From NCBI GenBank assembly GCA_963667145.1, contig OY762943.1, forward strand, positions 49,576 to 113,575: a DNA stretch of 64,000 bases. The letters are read 5' to 3'. The DNA is from Candidatus Cloacimonadota bacterium. Its GTDB lineage: Bacteria; Cloacimonadota; Cloacimonadia; G963667145. Positions 1 to 9,035 of the stretch are shown here, piece by piece (position 1 is the first letter of the stretch; every line of letters begins with the position of its first letter). The translations under genes and the position numbers were made by a program. A model generated the notes under the pieces. The model did no database searches, had not been told where the DNA came from, and worked only from the letters and a program-made list of their open reading frames with translations.

Positions 1-1079
1 GCCCCGTTCTTCATAGTTTCGCTGTTGATTTTCATGGTTGCCAGCATCGGAGTTAGTGTTAAAAGGCAGCCTTTCAGCGTATCCACAGTGTCGAAAAATC
101 CTTCCTTATCTTCTTGCATATCTTTGTTATACGCAAGTGGTAGAGACTTTAGAGTTGCAAGAATGCCAATCAGATTTCCGTAAACTCGCCCAGTTTTCCC
201 CCGTATCAATTCGGCAACATCGGGATTTTTTTTCTGAGGCATAATGCTTGAGCCAGTGGAATAGGCATCGTCAAGCGTGACGAAAGAGAACTCATCGCTA
301 GACCACAGAATGATTTCCTCGCACAATCTCGAAAAGTGCATCATCAAAATGGAAGCTGTGGCGTGAAATTCCACGATGTGGTCTCTGTCGCTCACTCCGT
401 CCAGCGAATTGTGCGTAATGTCGGCAAAATTCAGCTCATCAGCGACCATGTGTCTATTCAAGGGGAAAGTGGTGGTAGCCAGTGCTCCCGATCCAAGAGG
501 AGAGGAATCAGTTCGTTTGATGCAGTCGGAAAATCTCTCGAAGTCGCGTTTGAACATGAAAAAATATGCCATTATGTGGTGAGCAAAAGTTATTGGTTGA
601 GCTTTTTGCAGATGCGTGTATCCTGGCATGATGGTATTCAAATTGTTCTCAGCAAGTAACAAAATTGTCTTTTGCAGGTCAATAAGCAGATTTTGGATGA
701 CATTGACTTCTCTTTTCAGGTACAGCTTTATATCCAGAGCAATTTGGTCGTTGCGAGATCTTCCTGTATGGAGCTTTTTGCCGACTTCGCCAACTTTCTT
801 CGTGAGCAAAGTCTCGATATTCATATGGATGTCTTCCGCTGCTGGGTCGAATTCGATTTGTCCGCTTTCGATTTCTGATTTCAGCTCTTCCAATCCCTTG
901 ACAAGCGTGTCAGCCTCTTCAGTGGTGATGATGTTTTGCGAGCCAAGCATCCGAGCATGAGCAATAGAGCCTTGTATATCTTCGCGAAAAAGTCTCTGGT
1001 CGAAGCTGATAGAAGAATGAAAATCCTCGACCAATTTATCCGTATTTTTTTGAAATCTGCCACCCCAAAGTTTACTCAT
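1..1079 (-). CDS. argH: argininosuccinate lyase (3' end runs off the window)
   Basis: Manual minus-strand translation from ATG at 1079: [18 protein letters not shown], and the signature [12 protein letters not shown] near 250-200. No stop before the window edge, so it is absent from the ORF track. Confidence 0.96.
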   Translation of the reverse strand, partial: MSKLWGGRFQKNTDKLVEDFHSSISFDQRLFREDIQGSIAHARMLGSQNIITTEEADTLVKGLEELKSEIESGQIEFDPAAEDIHMNIETLLTKKVGEVGKKLHTGRSRNDQIALDIKLYLKREVNVIQNLLIDLQKTILLLAENNLNTIMPGYTHLQKAQPITFAHHIMAYFFMFKRDFERFSDCIKRTDSSPLGSGALATTTFPLNRHMVADELNFADITHNSLDGVSDRDHIVEFHATASILMMHFSRLCEEIILWSSDEFSFVTLDDAYSTGSSIMPQKKNPDVAELIRGKTGRVYGNLIGILATLKSLPLAYNKDMQEDKEGFFDTVDTLKGCLLTLTPMLATMKINSETMKNG

Positions 1080-1216
1080 TTTTACCTCGTTCTAATTGAT
1101 AATTTTAATGATAAGTCACTGAAAATAGCCAGGAGTGTCAAGCAAGAAATAAATAGTAGGGGAAATTACTTGTCAAAAATAGAAAGATTTTATGTCTAAT
1201 GGTGAAAGGAAAATCT

Positions 1217-2209
1217 ATGGGTAAAAAAATTCTTATTACAGGTATTACTGGTTTTGTGGGGAGGCATACTGCAAGAGCCATTTTGAGGGCAGGATTGTAT
1301 GATGTAACTGCTATAGTACGACCAAACACTGATTCTGAGAGATTGGAAGAGTTTGTGGGGAAAATTGAAATTGTTGAGATTGACTTGTGTGATTTGATTA
1401 AGTTGCAAAGCTATTTGGGAACAGTTAAGTTTGACGTTATTTTGCATATTGGGGCACTTTTAAGGCAAAGAAAATTTTTTAAACAACAATATATTGATGC
1501 TAATGTAAATGCAACAGAACTATTGGCTAAAAATGCTTTGAAAAATAATTCAAAATTTATTTTCTGTTCAACAGTAAGTATTTATGGGACTGTTCCCAAA
1601 AATGTTCCTGCTGACAGGAAAAGTGAAATGGTAGAAGATACCATTTATAGCATGACAAAAATTGAAGCTGAAAAGCGATTGAAATTGCTTATTGGGCAAG
1701 GTTTGAATTGTAATATAGTTAGACCGAGCATAATCTATGGCAAGGGAGATGAAAATGGGTTCCCAAATATTTTAGTCAAACTTGTTTCTAAGCGAATATT
1801 ATTTTTCCCTCGAAAACCAGTTAGGTTTCATTTAACGAATATAAATCTATTGGTAGAGGTATTCCTGAAAATTCTTGAAGAAAGCTTTTGGGATTGTTTT
1901 GACGACATAGTAGTAGATGACGAACCTGTTTTGTTAGATGATTTAGCAAATTTTATTAGTATGAATTTGGGCAAAGGGAAATATGGTAAATGGCATAAAT
2001 TACCGAATTTTGTTTTTGATTTAGTTTTATTTGTTTTGAAAATTTTTGGTCTAAATGAAATGGAATCAAAAATCAGTTTTCTGAGTAAAGACTGGTATTA
2101 TAAAAGTGATGTCAAAATGAATTTAGGAATTGAAACGCAATTTTGTACTATTCCACAAATTTTACCAGTAGTGAAAGAGTCTTGCAATAGTTGGGGTGTG
2201 AATGGATAG
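1217..2209 (+). CDS. NAD-dependent epimerase/dehydratase (extended SDR)
   Basis: ILITGITGFVG Rossmann motif and YSMTK (YxxxK). ATG 1217 follows an AAAGGA RBS. Confidence 0.88.
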   Translation: MGKKILITGITGFVGRHTARAILRAGLYDVTAIVRPNTDSERLEEFVGKIEIVEIDLCDLIKLQSYLGTVKFDVILHIGALLRQRKFFKQQYIDANVNATELLAKNALKNNSKFIFCSTVSIYGTVPKNVPADRKSEMVEDTIYSMTKIEAEKRLKLLIGQGLNCNIVRPSIIYGKGDENGFPNILVKLVSKRILFFPRKPVRFHLTNINLLVEVFLKILEESFWDCFDDIVVDDEPVLLDDLANFISMNLGKGKYGKWHKLPNFVFDLVLFVLKIFGLNEMESKISFLSKDWYYKSDVKMNLGIETQFCTIPQILPVVKESCNSWGVNG

Positions 2210-2615
2210 AGTTATTGAATTACCTTTGGATAAAAAGTATGAGTGCGAAATTTTTGGTTTGGGTGAAATCTTTGAGATTGTTTCTATAGAGAATTTGCGT
2301 AAAAAATTGAAAAAACAGTACAGAGTAGGTGTGCTTTTTTTACATTCTAACAAAGACCATTCTGGCAGAGGCTTGAGTCTTGAGGAGTTGTGCGAAGAAG
2401 CAAAAAAGAGAGATTACACAGTTGTACAATCGGGCTTCGCCGATGCTCCACCTTGGAAGTCTAGCCCTGCCAGTGAAGTGACTGATAAGAAAAAAATACC
2501 GTTTTCTGTTCCGATTTCCTATTTTTTATTTAGTATTTGGATTCCGCTTATGGAGAGGTTTTATAGAAAAAAAGACATTGCTCATGTTGTTTATTGTTTT
2601 GGGCAGAAGAAGTAG
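2202..2615 (+). CDS. hypothetical protein
   Basis: 137-aa ORF overlapping the epimerase stop by 8 nt, with similar AT-rich composition. No family recognised. Confidence 0.6.
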   Translation: MDRVIELPLDKKYECEIFGLGEIFEIVSIENLRKKLKKQYRVGVLFLHSNKDHSGRGLSLEELCEEAKKRDYTVVQSGFADAPPWKSSPASEVTDKKKIPFSVPISYFLFSIWIPLMERFYRKKDIAHVVYCFGQKK

Positions 2616-2626
2616 CTTATAATTGG

Positions 2627-3232
2627 CTATTGAGTAATTTCCACTATTCCCACTTGATTTCTAATCTTTACTATATTTTGATTTTCTAATCTCGACAATG
2701 GATAAAGCACATAGCCAGCCCCATTTGTTTTTAGGCATCTTTTGATAGTTGAAAACACATCTTCCTGATTGCATTCTATTTCGAATCGTGCAATTTGTTT
2801 GCCTTTGTCTTTTGGCATTTTGCCTGAATTTTGGGGATAGAAAGGTGGATTGCAGATTACGAGGTCAAATTTTTCGATGTAAGTTCTCAAATCTTCATGA
2901 AAAAAATCGACTTCCAATCCACAGATTTTTGAGTTGTAGTTTGCGAGTTGCACGAGATTTTCTTGGATGTCTATTCCTATTATCTGCCAGTTTGGTCTGG
3001 AGAGTTTTAGCATAAAGCTCAATACTCCACAACCACAGCCAATGTCCAAAACCTTCAAGCAATCTTGAGGATGATTTTCCAGCACCGTTTCTACTAAAAA
3101 ATTTCCATCACTGGAGATAGCTTGTTCGGACGGAGATTGGTAGATGATTTTTTTGTTCGGCAGAGAGATTTTTTTTAAATTAGCAGAATTTATAAAATTG
3201 TTGTTTTCCAATTGAGTTACAAATTTATCCAA
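2627..3232 (-). CDS. SAM-dependent methyltransferase, tRNA1(Val) m6A37 (TrmN/YfiC)-like
   Basis: LDIGCGCG motif I and NPPFY motif IV; overlaps the hisH end. Confidence 0.75.
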   Translation of the reverse strand: MDKFVTQLENNNFINSANLKKISLPNKKIIYQSPSEQAISSDGNFLVETVLENHPQDCLKVLDIGCGCGVLSFMLKLSRPNWQIIGIDIQENLVQLANYNSKICGLEVDFFHEDLRTYIEKFDLVICNPPFYPQNSGKMPKDKGKQIARFEIECNQEDVFSTIKRCLKTNGAGYVLYPLSRLENQNIVKIRNQVGIVEITQ

Positions 3233-3813
3233 TTTCTTAATAGTTGCAATCCCATTTCTCCGCTTTTTTCGGGATGAAATTGGGTTCCAAACACATTCCC
3301 TCGTTGCAAGATAGCACCAAAATTTACATCGTATGTGCAGGTCGCCAAGATGTCTTTTTCGGTTTTTGCATTTGGGTAGAAGCTGTGAACGAAGTAGAAA
3401 TCGCTGTCATTTGGAATACTTGCAAATAATGGATGCTTCTTTTCATAGTGGACTTGATTCCAGCCCATTTGGGGAACACGCTGACAGGTAAATTTTTCGC
3501 AATTTCCTTGGAAAAACCCAAATCCTTCCGATGATGGTGCTTCGGAGCTACTTTCCATAAGGAGTTGAAGTCCGACGCATATTCCCAAGAAAGGTTTATC
3601 TTGTTTAATCCATTCCAGAAGCTCGGAGTAGCAGCCTGAGTTTTGCAGTTTGGTGGACGCTTGTCCGAAATGTCCGACGCCAGGCAAGATAATTTTGTCG
3701 GCTTTTTTTAGTTCGTTTGGCGAATTGGTTATCACATATTTTGCATCGAGATAACTAAGAGCGTTCTTTACCGAATGCAGATTTCCGGCTCCGTAGTCGA
3801 TGATGGCTATCAT
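3217..3813 (-). CDS. hisH: imidazole glycerol phosphate synthase glutaminase subunit
   Basis: IAIIDYGAGN, LPGVGHF, GICVGLQ (catalytic Cys), FHPEKSG. Start placed at ATG 3813. Confidence 0.95.
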   Translation of the reverse strand: MIAIIDYGAGNLHSVKNALSYLDAKYVITNSPNELKKADKIILPGVGHFGQASTKLQNSGCYSELLEWIKQDKPFLGICVGLQLLMESSSEAPSSEGFGFFQGNCEKFTCQRVPQMGWNQVHYEKKHPLFASIPNDSDFYFVHSFYPNAKTEKDILATCTYDVNFGAILQRGNVFGTQFHPEKSGEMGLQLLRNWINL

Positions 3814-4664
3814 AAGCTCTCCTTGTCGTTTTTCATCAGGATGTACGAGCCAATGTCCAATCCGATGTGATTTGCGATGACTTGGCACTTTGCTTTGAGG
3901 AAGAAATAAATCGGCAAATTTGTGTCGGAGAGCGCTTCATAATTGCCTTGCCCTTTGCTGATGATGAGGTCGGCATTTTCCAAATTTTCTCTAAATTCTG
4001 TTGAACACATTTTTGGAACAGTTCCAGGAATTTTAGCACCTGAGCTGACGACAGTAGCAACTTCATCAATTCCGATTTTTTTTGCCCAATCCACTGTGAT
4101 GTCGTTGATAACAGGAATTTCTCGAGTGGCGTAAGTCACTGGTTTGTCTATTTGTTCGATAAATATTTTGTCAAAAACACCTTCGGCTGTGTTGTCTCCG
4201 AGATAGATGATAGATTTAGCTTTTTGAATATCTTGTTTGAAATTTTTGAAGTCGTCTATGGCGAATTTGGCGGAGATTACGTTTTTGATTTCGCTTTCCA
4301 AATCGAATTCCAAGCAAGCTCCCAAATCTATCACATTTCCTGCGATTGCCAGCCTTGTAGCTGTGAAAAGTTTGTCGTTTGAGTTGTCTAAAATCTCGTG
4401 TATTTTGGGCAACAAACTCTGAGCTTTGGCAACGTTTGCTTGTTTGATTTCGGCATAAGGGTCTTCGTTTTTCAAGTAATCTTTCAGATTGGAATGGATG
4501 AAGTGAGCGATTTCTGGCGAAGTGGAATCCATGTCGATTTTTGCAAAAAGAGAGCCAGTGAAATCGACAATCTTTTTCTGTGTCTGTTCGTCCAAGTTCG
4601 ACAATCTGGCAAGGTGCAGAGTTTGTTTCAAAAAGCAAGGAAAACAGTCCAAATAGGCTTTCAT
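3810..4664 (-). CDS. damage-control phosphatase, DUF89/ARMT1 family
   Basis: N-terminal CFPC, AIAGNVIDLG, GDN..E, NDIT, SKGQGNYE and LKAKC motifs. Confidence 0.88.
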   Translation of the reverse strand: MKAYLDCFPCFLKQTLHLARLSNLDEQTQKKIVDFTGSLFAKIDMDSTSPEIAHFIHSNLKDYLKNEDPYAEIKQANVAKAQSLLPKIHEILDNSNDKLFTATRLAIAGNVIDLGACLEFDLESEIKNVISAKFAIDDFKNFKQDIQKAKSIIYLGDNTAEGVFDKIFIEQIDKPVTYATREIPVINDITVDWAKKIGIDEVATVVSSGAKIPGTVPKMCSTEFRENLENADLIISKGQGNYEALSDTNLPIYFFLKAKCQVIANHIGLDIGSYILMKNDKESL

Positions 4665-5251
4665 ATGCTTCCTTTTGTGGAAGGAATTTTATCGGTGGCT
4701 CTGGGCAGATAGTTGCAGGCAAAACGGAGAGATTTTGCTAAGGCTTTGAAACACGCTTCCAATTTGTGATGGTCGCTACGACCGTAAGGCATTCTGATTA
4801 CAAGATTTGCAGGAATATTTTGTGCAAAACTCTCAAAAAAGTCAGGCATCAAGTCCAAATCGAGTTCTCCGCAGAATTGTCGCTCAAATTTGCAATCGTA
4901 TTGTAAATAGGCTCGTCCGCCCAAATCCACAGCGACCACGGCGAGAGCTTCATCCATGGGATATACGAAATATCCGCTTCTTTCGATGCCTTTTTTGTCG
5001 CCGAGAGCTTGGCAAAACGCTTGTCCCAAAACGATTCCCAAATCTTCCACAAGGTGATGTTGGTCAACGTGCAGGTCGCCTTTAGCCTTGATTTCCAAGT
5101 CGAAGAGACCGTGCTTTGCAAGACCTTCCAACATGTGGTCGAGAAATCCGATTCCAGTGCCGATTTGTGCGGTTCCTTCGCCGTCAATGTTCAAGATTAT
5201 TTCGATTTCGGTCTCGTTGGTCTTTCGTGAGATAGTGGATGTTCTTGCCAT
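4661..5251 (-). CDS. hisB: imidazoleglycerol-phosphate dehydratase (monofunctional)
   Basis: RKTNET, FLDHML, DQHHLVED, PMDEA, DHHKLEA metal-binding motifs. Confidence 0.96.
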   Translation of the reverse strand: MARTSTISRKTNETEIEIILNIDGEGTAQIGTGIGFLDHMLEGLAKHGLFDLEIKAKGDLHVDQHHLVEDLGIVLGQAFCQALGDKKGIERSGYFVYPMDEALAVVAVDLGGRAYLQYDCKFERQFCGELDLDLMPDFFESFAQNIPANLVIRMPYGRSDHHKLEACFKALAKSLRFACNYLPRATDKIPSTKGSI

Positions 5252-5261
5252 TTTCGTGCCT

Positions 5262-6923
5262 CTATCCTAAGATTAAATCTGTTATTTCAGTAATGTCGCT
5301 AATGTAGTAGTCGGTTTTTGGATGCTCCATCAGGCTGATATTTGTGCAGTTAGCGTCAAGCGAAGAGAGAACATCGTCGATGGTGTCGCCGACATAAACT
5401 ACCAGTTCTGCACCGCTTTTTTCTTTGATAAGGTTTATTCCGTATCCGCTTGGTTTGGATTTTTCGCCTGTGTCTTCTTGACCGATTGTCCACGAGAAAA
5501 GGTCTTTCACACCGAAAAAATCGAGGGCGTATTCTATGTCTTTGTTCGGTCTGCCAGAGAAAATAGCCAGTGGAACAGTTTCTTTTATTTTCTGCAAATC
5601 GCCAATCGGAAGAAGCCATTTTTCCGATTTCTTGTTGTCGCTATAGTATGCCTCGAATTTGTCTATAAGCTCTTGCTTGTCGATAGTGATGTTTCGTTTT
5701 TGCAGGGCGTATTCGGTCAAATCCCAATCACAATTGTAGCCACCCAACTTGCGAATTTCGTTGATTTCGTCCGTGGTGATTTCTTCGCCTGAGTAGTGAG
5801 CGACCGTGTCTTTGATGGACTTTATATAGGACAAATCGACGTCGATGAGTGTCCCATCCATGTCAAAAACAAGCAGTTTGTTCTCCCAGAGTTTTTTGAA
5901 TTCGGTGCGGAATATTGCATTTTCTTCGGGAGTTCCCATAGAAATTCGCAAGTAGTTTTTCAGCATTGGGTTGCTTCCCTGATGACGCACCATTATCCCT
6001 TTTGAGTACAGCGAAGAAAAAACTTCTTTGCTCCAAATTCCTGTTTTTACAAGGATAAAATTGGTTTCGCTTGGCAAATATTTTATATTTAAAGAATCAA
6101 AAAAATGTTCGAGTTTGCGTTTTTCCTCTTTGACGGTAGCCAAAATGTGTTGGAAGTGGTTTTGGTCGAGCAAAGCTATTTGAGCCGCTTTTAGCGAAAA
6201 ATGGTTAACTCGGAAGGGCAGTGTAACTTTTCTCAATTGGTTCATAGTTTTTGGGTTAGCCGTGGCAAAGCCAATTCGATGTCCAGCGAGAGCGTAAGCT
6301 TTGGAAAAAGTTCTTAGGACGATAATATTTTCGTGAGTCAAAACTAAGTCCCAAAGTTCCTCGCGGGAAAAATGTACATACGCTTCATCCAGCACCAATA
6401 GTGTGTCGGGGGCATTGGTCAAAATTTTCTCGACTGTTTCCCTGCCAAGCATATCTCCAGTTGGATTGTTTGGATTTACGAGGATAATCATTTTAGGATT
6501 GGTTTTAGCTTTTTCCAAAAATTCCTCTGTGGGGAAATTCAAATCTTTGTCGTAGCAGACTTTGTCCGCAATTGCTCCTTTGATTTGTAGCAATAGGTAA
6601 TAGACGGAAAAGGTCGGGAAAGGAATGAGCACTCTGTCGCCCTCTGAGATAAAGGCCTCCAAGATTAGTGTGATTGCTTCGTTGGAACCGTTGCAAACCA
6701 AAAAATATTCGGGGTCAATTTTGTAATAATCAGCTAAACTCTCGATTAAAGAATCTTCCTGAGGGTAAATGCAGGACAAGGTCGAGTCGAATTTGAGGTC
6801 TTTGAGCTTCGGTGTAGGAGGCAGATTGACTTCGTTGAAGTCTAAGCGAATTTTGTCAATTCTATCCGAAGGTGGAGCTTGATATTGTGCGACTTTGTCC
6901 AAAATCGGTTTCGCTTTTATCAT
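5262..6923 (-). CDS. hisC: histidinol-phosphate aminotransferase fused to a C-terminal HAD-family phosphatase
   Basis: Residues ~1-345: NPNNPTG, DEAY, RTFSKAYALAGHRIG. Residues ~350-553: FDMDGTLID, SGR, KSKP, VGDTIDD. One uninterrupted frame. Confidence 0.9.
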   Translation of the reverse strand: MIKAKPILDKVAQYQAPPSDRIDKIRLDFNEVNLPPTPKLKDLKFDSTLSCIYPQEDSLIESLADYYKIDPEYFLVCNGSNEAITLILEAFISEGDRVLIPFPTFSVYYLLLQIKGAIADKVCYDKDLNFPTEEFLEKAKTNPKMIILVNPNNPTGDMLGRETVEKILTNAPDTLLVLDEAYVHFSREELWDLVLTHENIIVLRTFSKAYALAGHRIGFATANPKTMNQLRKVTLPFRVNHFSLKAAQIALLDQNHFQHILATVKEEKRKLEHFFDSLNIKYLPSETNFILVKTGIWSKEVFSSLYSKGIMVRHQGSNPMLKNYLRISMGTPEENAIFRTEFKKLWENKLLVFDMDGTLIDVDLSYIKSIKDTVAHYSGEEITTDEINEIRKLGGYNCDWDLTEYALQKRNITIDKQELIDKFEAYYSDNKKSEKWLLPIGDLQKIKETVPLAIFSGRPNKDIEYALDFFGVKDLFSWTIGQEDTGEKSKPSGYGINLIKEKSGAELVVYVGDTIDDVLSSLDANCTNISLMEHPKTDYYISDITEITDLILG

Positions 6924-7777
6924 AAGATTACCTTGCTCAAATTATATTCCAAGATGTCGCAAGCTCCCCATTTTTTCAGCTTTGGCAATAAATCGGGGAC
7001 GTCTTTGGTGTCCAAAGTGATTTTTACGGCATAGCCAGCGTCTCTTGCCAGTGGCATCACTGTAGGCGATTTGAGGCACGGAAGTCTATCGATAATCTCT
7101 TTTTTGTCGTTGGGAATGTTCATCTCTATCATCGATTTGTTTCTTCCCAAAAGAATTGCCTCAAAAAGCATTTTCATCTCCATAATCTTTTCGTGCTTCC
7201 ATGGGTCGTCCAAAGCTGAATTTGATGCCACGAAGTTGGTGGCTGATTGTACCAGAGTGCCGACTATTTTTAAGTTGTTGTCTCTTAGGGTGTTACCTGT
7301 AGAGGTGTTGTCGATAATCATATCTGCGTCTTCGGGCGGATACACTTCTGTTGCTCCGTGCACCGTCAGAAATTTGTAGTTGAAGCCTTGTTTATCCAGC
7401 CAATCGGTGGCAATCTTTTTGTATTCGGAAACTACGATGATTTCTCTATTTTTTAGCTCCTCAAGCGAATAGTTTTCTGGAATGGCAGCCACTATTTTCA
7501 CGGGGTTAAGTCCCAAAGGCAAAATGGTGGTGATTTGGTCGGAAACTTCCGATTCCATTATCCAGTCTTCGCCACTAAATCCGATGTCGTGTCTGCCAAA
7601 AGCCAAAAGGTTGGCGATATTGCGAGGTTTCATGATTTTCACGATGAGGTCGTCTTTATTTGTTGCCGGACGCAAACCTCTGCCACTGAGGGTCAGGCTA
7701 ATTCCTGCTTCAGCCAGCAAATCTTTTACTTGATCAAAAATTCTTCCTTTCGGCAAAACTAAGTTTATTTTTTTCAT
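6920..7777 (-). CDS. hisG: ATP phosphoribosyltransferase, long form
   Basis: LVLPKGR, GATEV, DMIIDNTSTGNTLRDN, and a C-terminal regulatory domain. Confidence 0.94.
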   Translation of the reverse strand: MKKINLVLPKGRIFDQVKDLLAEAGISLTLSGRGLRPATNKDDLIVKIMKPRNIANLLAFGRHDIGFSGEDWIMESEVSDQITTILPLGLNPVKIVAAIPENYSLEELKNREIIVVSEYKKIATDWLDKQGFNYKFLTVHGATEVYPPEDADMIIDNTSTGNTLRDNNLKIVGTLVQSATNFVASNSALDDPWKHEKIMEMKMLFEAILLGRNKSMIEMNIPNDKKEIIDRLPCLKSPTVMPLARDAGYAVKITLDTKDVPDLLPKLKKWGACDILEYNLSKVIL

Positions 7778-7787
7778 TTTCTTCCTT

Positions 7788-8114
7788 CTATTTGGCTAAA
7801 ATTTCTTCTATTTCTTTGATGGTCTTTAGAATATTTTTTTTTAATGTAGCTCGCTCAAAATCGATTTTAACTTCATCTCTTTTGTCTTGGCTATTCAACA
7901 CTTTTTTTGCTCCCTTGATGGTATAACCTTGGGTGTGAAGCATATACTTGATTTTTTCAAGCAGTTTTATCTCTTTTTTGCTGTATTGACGCTTTCTTCC
8001 CGAGAGTTTACTTGGAGAGAGTTGCTTGAATTCGTTTTCCCAATATCGAACGGTGTAATCTGGCAATTTCAAAAGATTACAGACTTCTCCAATCGAATAA
8101 TATGTCTTTTCCAT
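7788..8114 (-). CDS. MerR-family HTH transcriptional regulator
   Basis: YYSIGEV...TVRYWENEF...RQYS...GYTIKGAK. Start placed at ATG 8114. Confidence 0.88.
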   Translation of the reverse strand: MEKTYYSIGEVCNLLKLPDYTVRYWENEFKQLSPSKLSGRKRQYSKKEIKLLEKIKYMLHTQGYTIKGAKKVLNSQDKRDEVKIDFERATLKKNILKTIKEIEEILAK

Positions 8115-8261
8115 ACTACGGTGAACGAAACAGGGAGGTACTATGTTGTAAAGTGTAAATTCCAAAATTTTTGGTTGACAGCACACGAAGACAAATGAGA
8201 TTAAAATTGTTTTTTATGGATTGTTTTGTTTGTCTGAAAGATTGGCGATAGAGGTTGTTTT

Positions 8262-9035
8262 ATGAAGAAAATAAGTTTTTTAATTTTTATTTTAACTTTG
8301 TGTGTTGGCTCACTTTGGAGTTTTGAGTTCGTGAGGGTAAAAGGTACTACTTTTACTAGAGGAGACAGTGAAGGAGATGATGATATAGTACCAAAGCACG
8401 AAGTTTTTGTTAGGAGTTTTTATATTTCAAAATATGAAGTTACTCAAAAAGAATGGAATAGAGTTATGAAATATAATAATTCTCCAATCAAGGGCGATAA
8501 TTATCCTGTTTGCAATGTTTCTTGGTGGGATGCTGTTACATTCTGTAATAAATTGAGTATTAAAGAGGGCTTGAAACCCTGTTATGATTTATATAAAGGT
8601 GAAATGATTAAATGTAATTATGAAGCTTCTGGTTATAGATTGCCTTCAGAGGCTGAGTGGGAGTTGGCAGCTATCGGAGGAAGTGATAAAAACCGTAAAA
8701 ATTTTTCTGGAAGTGATGATATAGAAAAGGTGGCTTGGACGAATGATTCATTACCTCATCCTGTGGGAACAAAAAAAGCGAATGAACTTGGTATTTTTGA
8801 TATGAGTGGTAATGTTTCTGAGTGGTGCAACGATTGGTATGATAAGAGTTATTATAAACTTGCGGTTCTCAAAAATGAAAATCCCACGGGTTCTAATTAT
8901 GGGTATTATAGAGTAATTAGAGGTGGAAGCTATAAGGAATTACAGAGTTATGCAAGTCCTTCTTTTAGGAGTTTTAACAGACCTAAGAAACGTCTTGAAG
9001 CAAAAGGCTTTAGAGTTGTTAGGTCTTTTTTATAG
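8262..9035 (+). CDS. secreted FGE-sulfatase (SUMF1)-fold protein
   Basis: Signal peptide; YEVTQ, PVCNVSWWDA, RLPSEAEWE, DMSGNVSEW, RGGS and GFRVVR motifs. Confidence 0.88.
   Translation: MKKISFLIFILTLCVGSLWSFEFVRVKGTTFTRGDSEGDDDIVPKHEVFVRSFYISKYEVTQKEWNRVMKYNNSPIKGDNYPVCNVSWWDAVTFCNKLSIKEGLKPCYDLYKGEMIKCNYEASGYRLPSEAEWELAAIGGSDKNRKNFSGSDDIEKVAWTNDSLPHPVGTKKANELGIFDMSGNVSEWCNDWYDKSYYKLAVLKNENPTGSNYGYYRVIRGGSYKELQSYASPSFRSFNRPKKRLEAKGFRVVRSFL

Noticed and set aside
881-1063. 60-aa minus-strand ORF in the track
   Set aside because: Out-of-frame overlap of argH; the real frame starts at 1079 and runs off the window.
8262-9035. FGE/CLec-fold protein as a diversity-generating retroelement target
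   Set aside because: No reverse transcriptase and no template-repeat copy of its 3' end were seen in the window.
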